Source: Desulfobulbus propionicus DSM 2032
Lineage (GTDB): Bacteria; Desulfobacterota; Desulfobulbia; Desulfobulbales; Desulfobulbaceae
Assembly: GCF_000186885.1 (NCBI RefSeq)
Contig: NC_014972.1
Location: 3,660,001-3,692,000, forward strand
Length of the DNA: 32,000 nucleotides
Reading direction: 5' to 3'
Shown piece by piece: positions 1 to 8,805 of this stretch. The translations under genes and the position numbers were made by a program. The notes beneath the pieces were generated by a model. It did no database searches, was not told the DNA's origin, and saw only the letters and a program-made list of their open reading frames with translations. Within the stretch, counting starts at the first letter, position 1. The number at the start of each line of letters is the position of its first letter.

Positions 1-238
1 CGCCCTGCAGCGATTGTGGCGGACCTTTGCCGCCGCCAGGGAATAACCTCATCCGCTCCACCGACAGCGTCCGATCCACTCGAGCCGTGTTGTCCAGAGG
101 CTCTTGTCTCCTCCATCCAGCCGCCTTCCTTGAACAAATTTCCTCCCGACAAGGCGCATATTTTGCGCTTTGCCCGCAAATAGGCTATGTTGTCGGCTGC
201 GTTTATCGTTTTGATTCCTTGAAACACCCGTGGCAAAC

Positions 239-2566
239 ATGAAACTCGTTGAATTAATAGGCAAGACTCCTCTGGTCGAGTTGGCTCGGCTCAATCCCGC
301 CGCTGGCAAGGTCCAACTGCTGGGCAAACTCGAATCCCGCAATCCCGGGGGCTCAATCAAGGACCGGGTTGCCCTGTCCATGGTCGAAGCCGCCGAAAAA
401 AGCGGCGAACTGACCCGCGACAAGATCCTCCTCGAAGCCACCAGCGGCAATACCGGTATCGGCATGGCCATGGTGTGCGCGGCCAAACAGTACCGTTGCC
501 AGCTGATCATGCCGGAATCGGCGTCCATCGAGCGACGGCTGATCATGCAGGCCTACGGCGCGGAGATCATCCTCACTCCGGCCAAGCGGGCCACCGACGG
601 AGCGATCGAGAAGGCCTATGCCCTGGCCCGCGAACATCCTGACCGCTACTTTCTCGCCGACCAATTCAACAACCCCGCCAACTGGCAAGCCCATTACACC
701 TCGACCGCGCCAGAGATCTGGCAACAGACAGAGGGCAAGGTCACCGACATCATCGTCACCTTGGGCACCTCGGGCACGGCCATGGGACTGTCCCGCTGGT
801 TCCGCGACCACCATCCCGAGGTGCGGGTGATTGCCGTGGAACCTCATCCCGGCCACAAGATCCAGGGGCTGAAGAACATGAAGGAGTCCTACAAACCCGG
901 CATCTTCGACAAAACCCTGCCCCATGCCATCGTCAACGTGGCCGATGCGGATGCCTTTGCCACCGTTCGCCGCCTGGCCGCCGAGGAGGGCGTTTTTGCC
1001 GGCATGAGCAGCGGCGCGGCCATGTTTGTCGCCATGGAGCGGGCCCGGGAAATCGACGGGGGATGCATCGTCGTCATCCTGCCCGACGGCGGTGAACGCT
1101 ACCTGAGCACCCCACTGTTCAAACAGCCGGCCAAGAGCAAGGAAGAGGCGTCGCAGCTGCGGTTGTTCAACACCATGACCCGGAAAAAAGAGGTCTTCCA
1201 ACCGATTCGCGACAACCGAGTGACCCTCTATGCCTGTGGGCCGACCGCCGCCGAATCGCCCAACATCGCCCACTGCCGCCGCCTCATCGTTGCCGATCTC
1301 ATCAACCGCTCCCTCCTCGCCCAGGGGTACGCGGTCGAACTGTACATGAACTTCACCGATCTCGACGACAACACCATCACCGGCGCCATTGACGCCGGCG
1401 CTGACCTGCGCGAGTTCACGGGACGATACATCGACGAGTTCAAGCAGGCCATCGAGGCCCTCAACGTGCAGCAGGCCACCGGCTATCCGCTCGCCTCCGA
1501 GCATGTCGGCCACATGATCGAAATCGCCCACGACCTGATCCACAAAGGATATGCTTACGAGAAACTCGGGTCGATCTATTTCGATATTTCCAAATTCAAA
1601 CACTACGGCCGCCTCTCGGGAATCGACTTGAGCAAAATCAAGATCGGCCAGACCGTGGACCTCGACAACTACGAGAAGGACAACCCCCGCGACTTCACCC
1701 TGCTCAAGCGGTCCACCCTGGCGGAGCTGAAAAAGGGCATTTTCTACGAAACCGACTGGGGCAATATCCGCCCCGGCTGGCATATCGAGTGCTCGGCCAT
1801 GTCGACCAACTATCTCGGGGAAACCATCGACATCCACACCGCCAGCCAGGATCTGCTCTTTCCTCATCACGAAAACGAGATCGCCATCGCCGAGGCCCTG
1901 ACCGGCAAACCGCTGGCCAACTACTGGCTCCACTCCGGTCAACTGCTCATGGACGGCCGCAAAATGGCCAAGGAAACCGGCAACGTGGTCACCCTGCGCG
2001 AGGTGCTGGACAGGGGCTACGGCGGCCGGGAACTGCGATTCATGCTCCTGGGCGTCCATTACCGCAAACCGCTGCTCTTCTCCTTCAAGCGGCTGAACGC
2101 GGCACGCACCGCGCTGCGGCGAATCGACGAATATACCCGCAAACTCCTCTGTCTGCCGGCGGGACTGCCCCATCCCGAACTGGCCAGCTATGTCTCCGAG
2201 CTGGAGCAGCGGTTTCATGACGCGATCAACGATGATCTGAACATCTCCGGGGCCATCGGTGCCCTGTTCAACTTCATCAAACAGACCAATCCGGTGGTTC
2301 AAGCCCGGCAGCTGGACCGCGACCAGAAAAACGATGTGCTTGAGGCGTTACGGATGGTGAACACGGTGCTCGGGGTGCTCCGCCTGGAACATTGCCCCCT
2401 GACGCCCGAAATTGATCGGCTCATTCGCCAACGCGAACGCGCCCGGCAGCTCAAGGACTGGACTGCCGCCGATTCAGCCCGTGAAGAGCTGCTGCGCAAA
2501 GGGGTGACCATCGTCGACACCGCGGCAGGCCCCATATGGGAACAGATCACCGAGGAAGTGAAATAG
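239..2566 (+). CDS. Fusion protein: N-terminal PLP-dependent cysteine synthase (CysK/CysM-like) plus C-terminal cysteinyl-tRNA synthetase-like domain with altered signature motifs
   Basis: One uninterrupted ORF. N-terminal part has the PLP lysine context NPGGSIKDR, TSGNTGIGMAM and GTSGTAMG. From about residue 315 (RLFNTMTRKKEVFQPI...VTLYACGPT) it matches CysRS, with TDLDDNTI, RPGWHIECSAM, DLLFPHHENEIA and a C-terminal ARQLKDWTAADSAREEL. HIGH is NIAH; KMSKS is KMAKE. Start chosen at ATG 239 (MKLVELIGKTPLVEL). Confidence 0.93.
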   Translation: MKLVELIGKTPLVELARLNPAAGKVQLLGKLESRNPGGSIKDRVALSMVEAAEKSGELTRDKILLEATSGNTGIGMAMVCAAKQYRCQLIMPESASIERRLIMQAYGAEIILTPAKRATDGAIEKAYALAREHPDRYFLADQFNNPANWQAHYTSTAPEIWQQTEGKVTDIIVTLGTSGTAMGLSRWFRDHHPEVRVIAVEPHPGHKIQGLKNMKESYKPGIFDKTLPHAIVNVADADAFATVRRLAAEEGVFAGMSSGAAMFVAMERAREIDGGCIVVILPDGGERYLSTPLFKQPAKSKEEASQLRLFNTMTRKKEVFQPIRDNRVTLYACGPTAAESPNIAHCRRLIVADLINRSLLAQGYAVELYMNFTDLDDNTITGAIDAGADLREFTGRYIDEFKQAIEALNVQQATGYPLASEHVGHMIEIAHDLIHKGYAYEKLGSIYFDISKFKHYGRLSGIDLSKIKIGQTVDLDNYEKDNPRDFTLLKRSTLAELKKGIFYETDWGNIRPGWHIECSAMSTNYLGETIDIHTASQDLLFPHHENEIAIAEALTGKPLANYWLHSGQLLMDGRKMAKETGNVVTLREVLDRGYGGRELRFMLLGVHYRKPLLFSFKRLNAARTALRRIDEYTRKLLCLPAGLPHPELASYVSELEQRFHDAINDDLNISGAIGALFNFIKQTNPVVQARQLDRDQKNDVLEALRMVNTVLGVLRLEHCPLTPEIDRLIRQRERARQLKDWTAADSAREELLRKGVTIVDTAAGPIWEQITEEVK

Positions 2567-2588
2567 GCCGACTTCTTTTTCGGCAGGG

Positions 2589-3149
2589 TCAGTGGACAAC
2601 CCCTTCTTGCCTGGCCACCTTCACAAAGGTCCTGAAAAGGATGTGCAGGTCGAGCAGGAGGGATCGGTGTTGCAGATAGTATTCGTCATAGCCAACCTTC
2701 ACTGGAATGGGCAGATCATCCCTGCCGTTGATCTGCGCCCATCCAGTGAGACCTGGCGTCAATCGATGGATGCCCTTTCGAGTCCGCAGTTCAATGAGGT
2801 CGTCTTGATTGAACAATGCCGGCCGGGGACCGACAAAGCTCATATCTCCCTTGATAATGCTGAACAACTGCGGCAATTCATCCAAGCTGCTTTTGCGCAG
2901 AAATTTGCCGATCACCGTGAGATAATGATCGGGATTTTCGAGCAAATGCGTGGCCACCACCGGGGTGTTGACCTGCATGGTGCGAAATTTGGGCATTTTG
3001 AAGAGGGCGTTGTCTCTCCCGACCCGATCGGACCAGTACAGGACGGGCCCTTTCGAGGTGAGCTTAATCAACAGGGCCACCACTGCCATCGGCAGGGCCA
3101 ACACCGCGGCCAGGCAAAGGGCCATCACGACATCAATCATTCTTTTCAT
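2589..3149 (-). CDS. Undecaprenyl-phosphate sugar phosphotransferase (bacterial sugar transferase, minimal PglC-like monotopic form)
   Basis: 186 aa from ATG at 3149: [21 protein letters not shown]..., [62 protein letters not shown]. The longer track ORF (to 3533) overruns the epimerase gene; its N-terminal extension is not supported. Confidence 0.93.
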   Translation of the reverse strand: MKRMIDVVMALCLAAVLALPMAVVALLIKLTSKGPVLYWSDRVGRDNALFKMPKFRTMQVNTPVVATHLLENPDHYLTVIGKFLRKSSLDELPQLFSIIKGDMSFVGPRPALFNQDDLIELRTRKGIHRLTPGLTGWAQINGRDDLPIPVKVGYDEYYLQHRSLLLDLHILFRTFVKVARQEGVVH

Positions 3150-4161
3150 GCAAAAACCCTGCGGCAGCCCGCCGCATTCCTTCGTTGACGCTGATCGGCG
3201 GCAGCCATCCCAGCACTTCGCGCGCCTTGCTGATATCAACCTGCAACGACATGCACAAGCGCCGCCACATATCCGTTTTTCCCAGGAGCGCAGCCCCGCC
3301 CTTGAGGATGGACGGTGGCACGGGCAGCAAGCGTGCCGGCGTGCCCAACGCCTGGCCGACATTGACCAAGAGTTCCGCCGTGGACAGATCGTGGCCATCG
3401 GCAACGAAAAAGACCTGATTGGCGGCGGCGGGATGCCCGAGGCAGGTAACGATAAAATCAACGAGATTGTCGAGGGCGAGCAGACTGCGCCGGTTGTGCA
3501 ACGCTCCCAGAGGCAGAGGCAGCCCCCTGGCAACCCAGTCCATCATCCGGCGAAAATTCGCCTTGACCCCTGGACCGTACACCAAGGGAGGGCGGATGAC
3601 AGTCACAGCCATGCCGCTTTGGGCCGCAATCCGGGACAAGCCAACCTCGGCTTCATATTTGGAAATGCTGTAGGCGTCTTGCGGATTCGGAGCATCTTGC
3701 TCGGTAAACGGTCGACCTGGTGGAGAACATTCACCATTCACCTTGACCGAACTGAGAAAAATGAAGCGCTTGGCCCCGGCCGCCGCAGCCTGACGGGCCA
3801 GGTTGAGCGTTCCCTCTGTATTGACGACCCGGTACTCGGATAAAGCCCTGCTCCCGCTGTCGGCCAGCACGTGCACCTTCGCGGCAGTGTGGATGACTGC
3901 GTCAACGCCGGCAAGGGCATGGCCCCACTCTGTCTGCCCGCATAACGCGCCCACCGTTACCTGCTCCACCCGCCCATCCATGGAGGGGATTCTTTGCCGG
4001 GCAGCGGCTCGAACGAGATAATTTTCTTCTCCTGCCGCTGAACACGATGCAGAAGAACACGGAGCAGCGAGGACGCTCCAAGCCAGCCGTTCCACCACGG
4101 CCCTGCCGAGAAAACCATTCGCCCCGGTGACCAGAACCCTCACCCTCTTACCTCTTCCCAA
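3133..4161 (-). CDS. Extended SDR / NAD-dependent epimerase-dehydratase (nucleotide-sugar epimerase)
   Basis: [11 protein letters not shown] nucleotide-binding motif, [25 protein letters not shown] (YxxxK), [10 protein letters not shown]. Sits with glycosyltransferase and sugar transferase genes. Exact start uncertain. Confidence 0.9.
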   Translation of the reverse strand: MGRGKRVRVLVTGANGFLGRAVVERLAWSVLAAPCSSASCSAAGEENYLVRAAARQRIPSMDGRVEQVTVGALCGQTEWGHALAGVDAVIHTAAKVHVLADSGSRALSEYRVVNTEGTLNLARQAAAAGAKRFIFLSSVKVNGECSPPGRPFTEQDAPNPQDAYSISKYEAEVGLSRIAAQSGMAVTVIRPPLVYGPGVKANFRRMMDWVARGLPLPLGALHNRRSLLALDNLVDFIVTCLGHPAAANQVFFVADGHDLSTAELLVNVGQALGTPARLLPVPPSILKGGAALLGKTDMWRRLCMSLQVDISKAREVLGWLPPISVNEGMRRAAAGFLHEKND

Positions 4162-5267
4162 ACCCGCATGGTTTCCCGCGCGATTCGTTCCTCAGCAAAC
4201 TCTGCGATGACCATCTCCCGCCCAAAGCGTCCCATCCGCATCCTGAGCTCCGGATCATGGAGTAATTTTTCCACTGCCGCGGCCAGAGCCCTGCCATCCT
4301 TCAGTGGAACCAGAAGACCGTTCCGCTCGTGGACCACCACTTCACGGCATCCGGAAACATCATAGGTGACAATTGGTCGCCCGCAGCTCGCGGCTTCGAG
4401 CAACGCCTTGGGAAGCCCCTCGCCATAGGATGGCAGGCAAACGATTGCCGCCTGCCGCAGCACCTCAGGCATGTCATCACAATACCCCCACCATTCGACA
4501 ACGCCTTCCTTTTTCCATGCTTCGAGTTGGCCTCTTGGCACGCATTCGGGATTATGCTCGTCAGGGTCACCCACTAGGGCAAAACGAGCCGCTATCCCCT
4601 TTGCCTTGATGGCGCGAGCACATTCGACAAAATCGCCGATCCCCTTATCCCATAGCATGCGCCCTGGCAGGACCACCAGGGGCAGCCCGACAGCCTCCGG
4701 TTGAGGGGAAAAAATCGATGTGTTGACACCGGCGCCGCGTATCAATCGAATCTGCTCTTCTGCAATGATACGATGCCTTATGATGACGTGTTGATCATCA
4801 ATATTTTGCAATATCAACCGATTTTTTTTGCCACTTAAGGCATAACGAAGCGCAATTATGATAAGGGGACGAATGAATCGGGCATATCTTTTTTGAGAAG
4901 AAAAGATAAAACCAAGTCCCCCTAAAGCAAAAACACATCGTATTGCATCTATTCCCTTGCACGCTATCGAAGAATACAATACTGGCTTCATTGCCACTGC
5001 ATGAACAATCTTCGGTCGAATATCCTTGATCATTTGGCGCAACTTGACAATGGAATACACCTCAAGAATTATATTGATAGAACTTCTATTAATATTCCAA
5101 TTGTAAACATTAATTCCTTTTTTTTCTATAATCTCTTTATATTTATTACCATGGGTTATCAATACAACCCTATATCCATTATCGAGGGCATGTTGAGCCA
5201 AATGAAGACGATGCGACACAAAGTACGAGTCTTCAGCAACCACAAAAAGTATCGTATCCAACAGCAT
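4140..5267 (-). CDS. Glycosyltransferase family 4 (GT-B)
   Basis: FVVAEDSYFVSHRLHLAQHAL N-terminus, PGRMLWDKGIGDFVECA, CLPSYGEGLPKALLEAASCGRPIVTYDVSGCREVV typical GT4 C-terminal motif. Confidence 0.9.
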   Translation of the reverse strand: MLLDTILFVVAEDSYFVSHRLHLAQHALDNGYRVVLITHGNKYKEIIEKKGINVYNWNINRSSINIILEVYSIVKLRQMIKDIRPKIVHAVAMKPVLYSSIACKGIDAIRCVFALGGLGFIFSSQKRYARFIRPLIIIALRYALSGKKNRLILQNIDDQHVIIRHRIIAEEQIRLIRGAGVNTSIFSPQPEAVGLPLVVLPGRMLWDKGIGDFVECARAIKAKGIAARFALVGDPDEHNPECVPRGQLEAWKKEGVVEWWGYCDDMPEVLRQAAIVCLPSYGEGLPKALLEAASCGRPIVTYDVSGCREVVVHERNGLLVPLKDGRALAAAVEKLLHDPELRMRMGRFGREMVIAEFAEERIARETMRVWEEVRG

Positions 5268-5306
5268 TCCTCTAGTGTATCAGGAGAACGTACAGGCCGT
5301 TTCTCG

Positions 5307-6440
5307 TCAGACGTTGTGCCCCATCCATAAATCCCGATAGGCGCGAACCATTGTCTCGAGAAGAAAACGCCCGACAATACGCTGACGCGCCGCCTGCCTG
5401 CGTTGTTCCCATGCAAACCTATCCTGCATTTCCTGCAATGCTCCGGCCAGAGCCGTCGCCAACTGTTCTGGATTTGCTGGCGGCACCACCCATCCCGTAT
5501 CGCCGACAATCTCAGCCGCGTCTCCCACATCGGTCACCACACAGGGGGTTGCGCACGCCATGGCTTCCGCAACCACGTTGGGAAAGGCCTCGCCGCCAAC
5601 GCTGCTCAACACGTGCAGGTCCAACGCATTCATAACCGCGGGAATATCGTCCCGCTGCCCGAGAAGCATCACCTGATGTTCAATTCCGGCTTCCCGGATG
5701 GCATGCATCAACGCCTCTTGATGTCGATCCATGCCCGTGCCCACCAGCACACAACGGAACGGACACGATCGCTTCGACAAAATCATCAAGGCCTGTAGCA
5801 GGGTACGATGATCCTTCTGCGGATTAAATCGGGCAACCATGCCAATAACAGGAATTGCATGCCCGCCCCCCCAGCAGGCGGTTCGCATGGCGGAGCGGGC
5901 AGCTGAATCGGGCGAAAATTCCGCACAATCGTAGCCATTGGGAATAACCGTCACCTTTTTCCCGTCATATCCGAGTGCTTTGTGTAGTTCAGATGCATTG
6001 ACCGAGCAAAACACAATACCTGCGGGAATCCAGCGCGACAGGATGGCACCGAGGCGGGCGATGACGACGGTACTCCACCGTGTCGTTCCCGGTTGAAAAT
6101 CCGAATGGCGAATCCCCCAGAACACGGCATGATTTCCCGCAAGGCGAGCGATGACACCACCAAGGATGTTGGCGTGATACATCCATGTCTGGACAATGTC
6201 CGGCCGGAGGGTGCGCACAAGGGACCACAACCTCCACAGGGCAGAAAGTCTCAATCGTCCCCGTGGCATTTGCAAACAGTAGACCGAAACACCGGCCCGT
6301 TCCAATCGATCGCCGTATTTCCCCCTATCGGTCAAGGAAATGACGGTGTGGCAATTTTGCCTGTCGTGGACACAGAGCCGAAACAAAACGCCTTCCGCTC
6401 CGCCGTCGGCAAGCCCGGTGATAATATGCAGAATATTCAT
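5307..6440 (-). CDS. Glycosyltransferase family 4
   Basis: MNILHIITGLADGGAEGVLFRLC, VIPNGYD, VARFNPQKDHRTLLQAL, HVLSSVGGEAFPNVVAEAMACATPCVVTDVGDAAEIVGDTG. Confidence 0.93.
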   Translation of the reverse strand: MNILHIITGLADGGAEGVLFRLCVHDRQNCHTVISLTDRGKYGDRLERAGVSVYCLQMPRGRLRLSALWRLWSLVRTLRPDIVQTWMYHANILGGVIARLAGNHAVFWGIRHSDFQPGTTRWSTVVIARLGAILSRWIPAGIVFCSVNASELHKALGYDGKKVTVIPNGYDCAEFSPDSAARSAMRTACWGGGHAIPVIGMVARFNPQKDHRTLLQALMILSKRSCPFRCVLVGTGMDRHQEALMHAIREAGIEHQVMLLGQRDDIPAVMNALDLHVLSSVGGEAFPNVVAEAMACATPCVVTDVGDAAEIVGDTGWVVPPANPEQLATALAGALQEMQDRFAWEQRRQAARQRIVGRFLLETMVRAYRDLWMGHNV

Positions 6441-6471
6441 GCCATCCGTGCTCTACCCAGGAACGATCCCG

Positions 6472-7314
6472 TCAATACAACCGCAGCAATTTGTCCATCT
6501 CTTCCGGTTTCATGGAAAAGCTATGGGCCTCGGTCGGAAAGACGCGGTTTTCCACCTCGGCCTTGTACTGGGCAAGGGCCTCGATGACCGGGCCGTTGAT
6601 TTTGATATACTGCTTGACAAATTTGGGGGTAAACCGGTCGTACATGCCGACCAGGTCATGAATCACCAGGACCTGGCCGTCGCAGCCCGGTCCAGCGCCG
6701 ATACCGATGGTGGGGATGGAAATCTCGCGGGTGATGTGCTCGGCCAGGGGGGCGGGAATGGCCTCAAGGACGATGGAGAAGCATCCAGCCTCTTCAAGGG
6801 CACGGGCATCCTCGAGCAACTGTCGGGCCGCTTGGGCGCTCTTGCCCTGCACTTTGAAACCGCCGAGGCTGGTGGCGGTCTGCGGCGTCAAGCCGATATG
6901 GCCTTGCACCGGAATGCCGGCGTTGACGATGGCCGCCACGGTCGGCGCCATGGTCACGCCGCCCTCGATTTTGACCGCATCGGCCCGGCCCTCCTTGAGA
7001 ATGCGGGTGGCGTTGTTGATGGCCGCCGGAATCGAGCTGTTATAGGAGCCAAAGGGCATGTCGGTGATCACCAGGGCGCGTTCGACACCGCGCACCACCG
7101 CCTTGGTGTGGTGGATCATCTCTTCCATGGTCACCGAGACCGTGTCCGGATAGCCCAGCACCACCATGCCCAAACTGTCCCCCACCAACACGACGTCAAT
7201 CCCGGCTGCGTCCGCCGCCTTGGCCCAAGGATAGTCATAGGCGGTGATTTCGGCAATGGGTGTACCGTTTTTGCGATTTCTGAGGTCAGGGATGGTCAGC
7301 TTTTTCTGGTGCAT
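6472..7314 (-). CDS. panB: 3-methyl-2-oxobutanoate hydroxymethyltransferase (ketopantoate hydroxymethyltransferase)
   Basis: ITAYDYPWAKAADAAGIDVVLVGDSLGMVVLGYPDTVSVTMEEMIHHTKAV, ADAVKIEGG, PVQGHIGLTPQ, IPTIGIGAGPGCDGQVLVIHD. Start taken at MHQKKLTIPDL (7314). Confidence 0.97.
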   Translation of the reverse strand: MHQKKLTIPDLRNRKNGTPIAEITAYDYPWAKAADAAGIDVVLVGDSLGMVVLGYPDTVSVTMEEMIHHTKAVVRGVERALVITDMPFGSYNSSIPAAINNATRILKEGRADAVKIEGGVTMAPTVAAIVNAGIPVQGHIGLTPQTATSLGGFKVQGKSAQAARQLLEDARALEEAGCFSIVLEAIPAPLAEHITREISIPTIGIGAGPGCDGQVLVIHDLVGMYDRFTPKFVKQYIKINGPVIEALAQYKAEVENRVFPTEAHSFSMKPEEMDKLLRLY

Positions 7315-8291
7315 GAAGTCTCCTTGGCTCGCGAGGGCCGCTGTGAGGATGAACATTCTATTCGCTGGGAGGCGGTTGCTTCCAGGGCTGTGATCAACTG
7401 GGTGAGCAGCAGGTTGACCGGGGTGGGCACGCCGACTTCACGCCCCTTGGCGACTATGGCGCCGTTGATGGCCTCGATCTCGGTGGTCGCGCCCCGGAGG
7501 ATATCCTGGAGCATGGATGCCTGGTTGGCGCCGGTCAACAGGCAGACCTCCCTGACCCGCTCACGCTGCTCCTCGTAATCCATGGGAATCCGCAGCGCCC
7601 TGGCAACGGCCACAGCCTCGTCCACGGCCTGGTTCATGAGCGTCGCGCATGCCGGCATTTGGGCCAGGACGCCATTGGGCACGCGCAACAGGGCAGCCAG
7701 GGCATTGATGCCGACATTGACGATCAGTTTGGACCACACAAGGCTGACGCTGTCCTTGGAGATGCGGGTGTCGATCCCTGCCCGGTTGAACAGTTCGGCA
7801 ATGGCCGCAATTTTTGCTTGCTGCCCCTCTTGCCCCGGGCCGGCGGCAAGCACGGTTGCCCCGCATCCGGCATGGCGGACATGACCAGGGGCCAGCAGGG
7901 TGGCTGCTTGGGCGGTGATGCCGGCGGCGGCCCGCGCTGGGCCGACCACGGCGGCGATCTGCTCCAGATTGCCCAAGCCGTTCTGCAGGGTGAGGACCAG
8001 CCCTTGCTCGGCCAGGAGCATTCGGGCGGTTACCGCAGCCGCATGGGTGGCCTGGGCCTTGGTGCAGAGGAGAACCAGGTCGGCCTGGCGGCCACAGTCG
8101 TCAGGGGCGGCGCACACGCGGATGCGGACGGTGTGTGTTGTCCCGTCCATTTCCGTCAGCATCAAGCCATCCCGATTGATGACCCGGGCATGGGTGCTGT
8201 TGGTGGTGTAGAGGCGCACCGATGCCACCGGAGCGAGCAGCGCCCCGAACAGACCGCCCATGGCGCCGGCACCGATGATCAGTATGTCCAT
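7296..8291 (-). CDS. panE: 2-dehydropantoate 2-reductase
   Basis: MDILIIGAGAMGGLFGALLAPVA Rossmann motif, LVLLCTKAQAT, LTLQNGLGNLE, KLIVNVGINALAALLRVPNG, TEIEAINGAIVAKG; adjacent to panB. Confidence 0.95.
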   Translation of the reverse strand: MDILIIGAGAMGGLFGALLAPVASVRLYTTNSTHARVINRDGLMLTEMDGTTHTVRIRVCAAPDDCGRQADLVLLCTKAQATHAAAVTARMLLAEQGLVLTLQNGLGNLEQIAAVVGPARAAAGITAQAATLLAPGHVRHAGCGATVLAAGPGQEGQQAKIAAIAELFNRAGIDTRISKDSVSLVWSKLIVNVGINALAALLRVPNGVLAQMPACATLMNQAVDEAVAVARALRIPMDYEEQRERVREVCLLTGANQASMLQDILRGATTEIEAINGAIVAKGREVGVPTPVNLLLTQLITALEATASQRIECSSSQRPSRAKETSCTRKS

Positions 8292-8490
8292 TCCTCTCCT
8301 TGTGGCCAGACTGCTGCCGAACGAATCCCACTGCCAATTCCTGGAAAATTCTCTGTGCGCAGTTATAAACCATCGTCAAAAAAGATCAACGTCGAACACT
8401 TTCCCCACTCTGGAGGGAAGCTAGGGTTTGCACTGCCGGGCACAAAAGGGTAGACTTCTGCGGCTGCCCTGCCCATTCCACATCGCCCCC

Positions 8491-8751
8491 ATGCGGAGAA
8501 CGAAGATGCACCTGTATATCTGGCGTCACAGCAAGCGTTTTTCCAGCTGGTCCATGCTCGATGAACCGCACATCCACCGAGAGAATTACCTGCAGGCCGA
8601 CGTCACGGTGCTGGCTCGGTCCAGGGACGAAGCCCTGCATCTGTTGGCGAAGAACGGCAACTGGAACATCGAGGAACTGCAACGCATCGAACCAGAAACG
8701 ATCCCCCTGGATGCGCCCCGCATCGTCATCAGCCATGTTGATTGCCAGTAA
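8491..8751 (+). CDS. Small hypothetical protein (MHLYIWRHSKRFSSWSM...)
   Basis: Protein-like composition (W/H/E rich, IYLDAP-like C-terminus). Start could be 8491 or 8506 rather than the track start at 8428. Confidence 0.6.
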   Translation: MRRTKMHLYIWRHSKRFSSWSMLDEPHIHRENYLQADVTVLARSRDEALHLLAKNGNWNIEELQRIEPETIPLDAPRIVISHVDCQ

Positions 8752-8805
8752 TCTGCTGCCCCCTACACGGCCCGCCGCCTGCGCCATCCTTTGACGACCC
8801 GACCA

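Noticed and set aside
1-180. Open frames at the left edge (frame 1 open to the stop at 178-180; frame 2 open to TAA at 44-46), possibly the 3' end of an upstream gene
   Set aside because: Too short and truncated to choose between frames; no recognisable motif.
353-2302. 649-aa minus-strand ORF antisense to the CysK-CysRS-like gene
   Set aside because: Shadow ORF in high-GC coding sequence; low-complexity, G/A/D-rich translation without family motifs, while the plus-strand frame carries unmistakable enzyme motifs.
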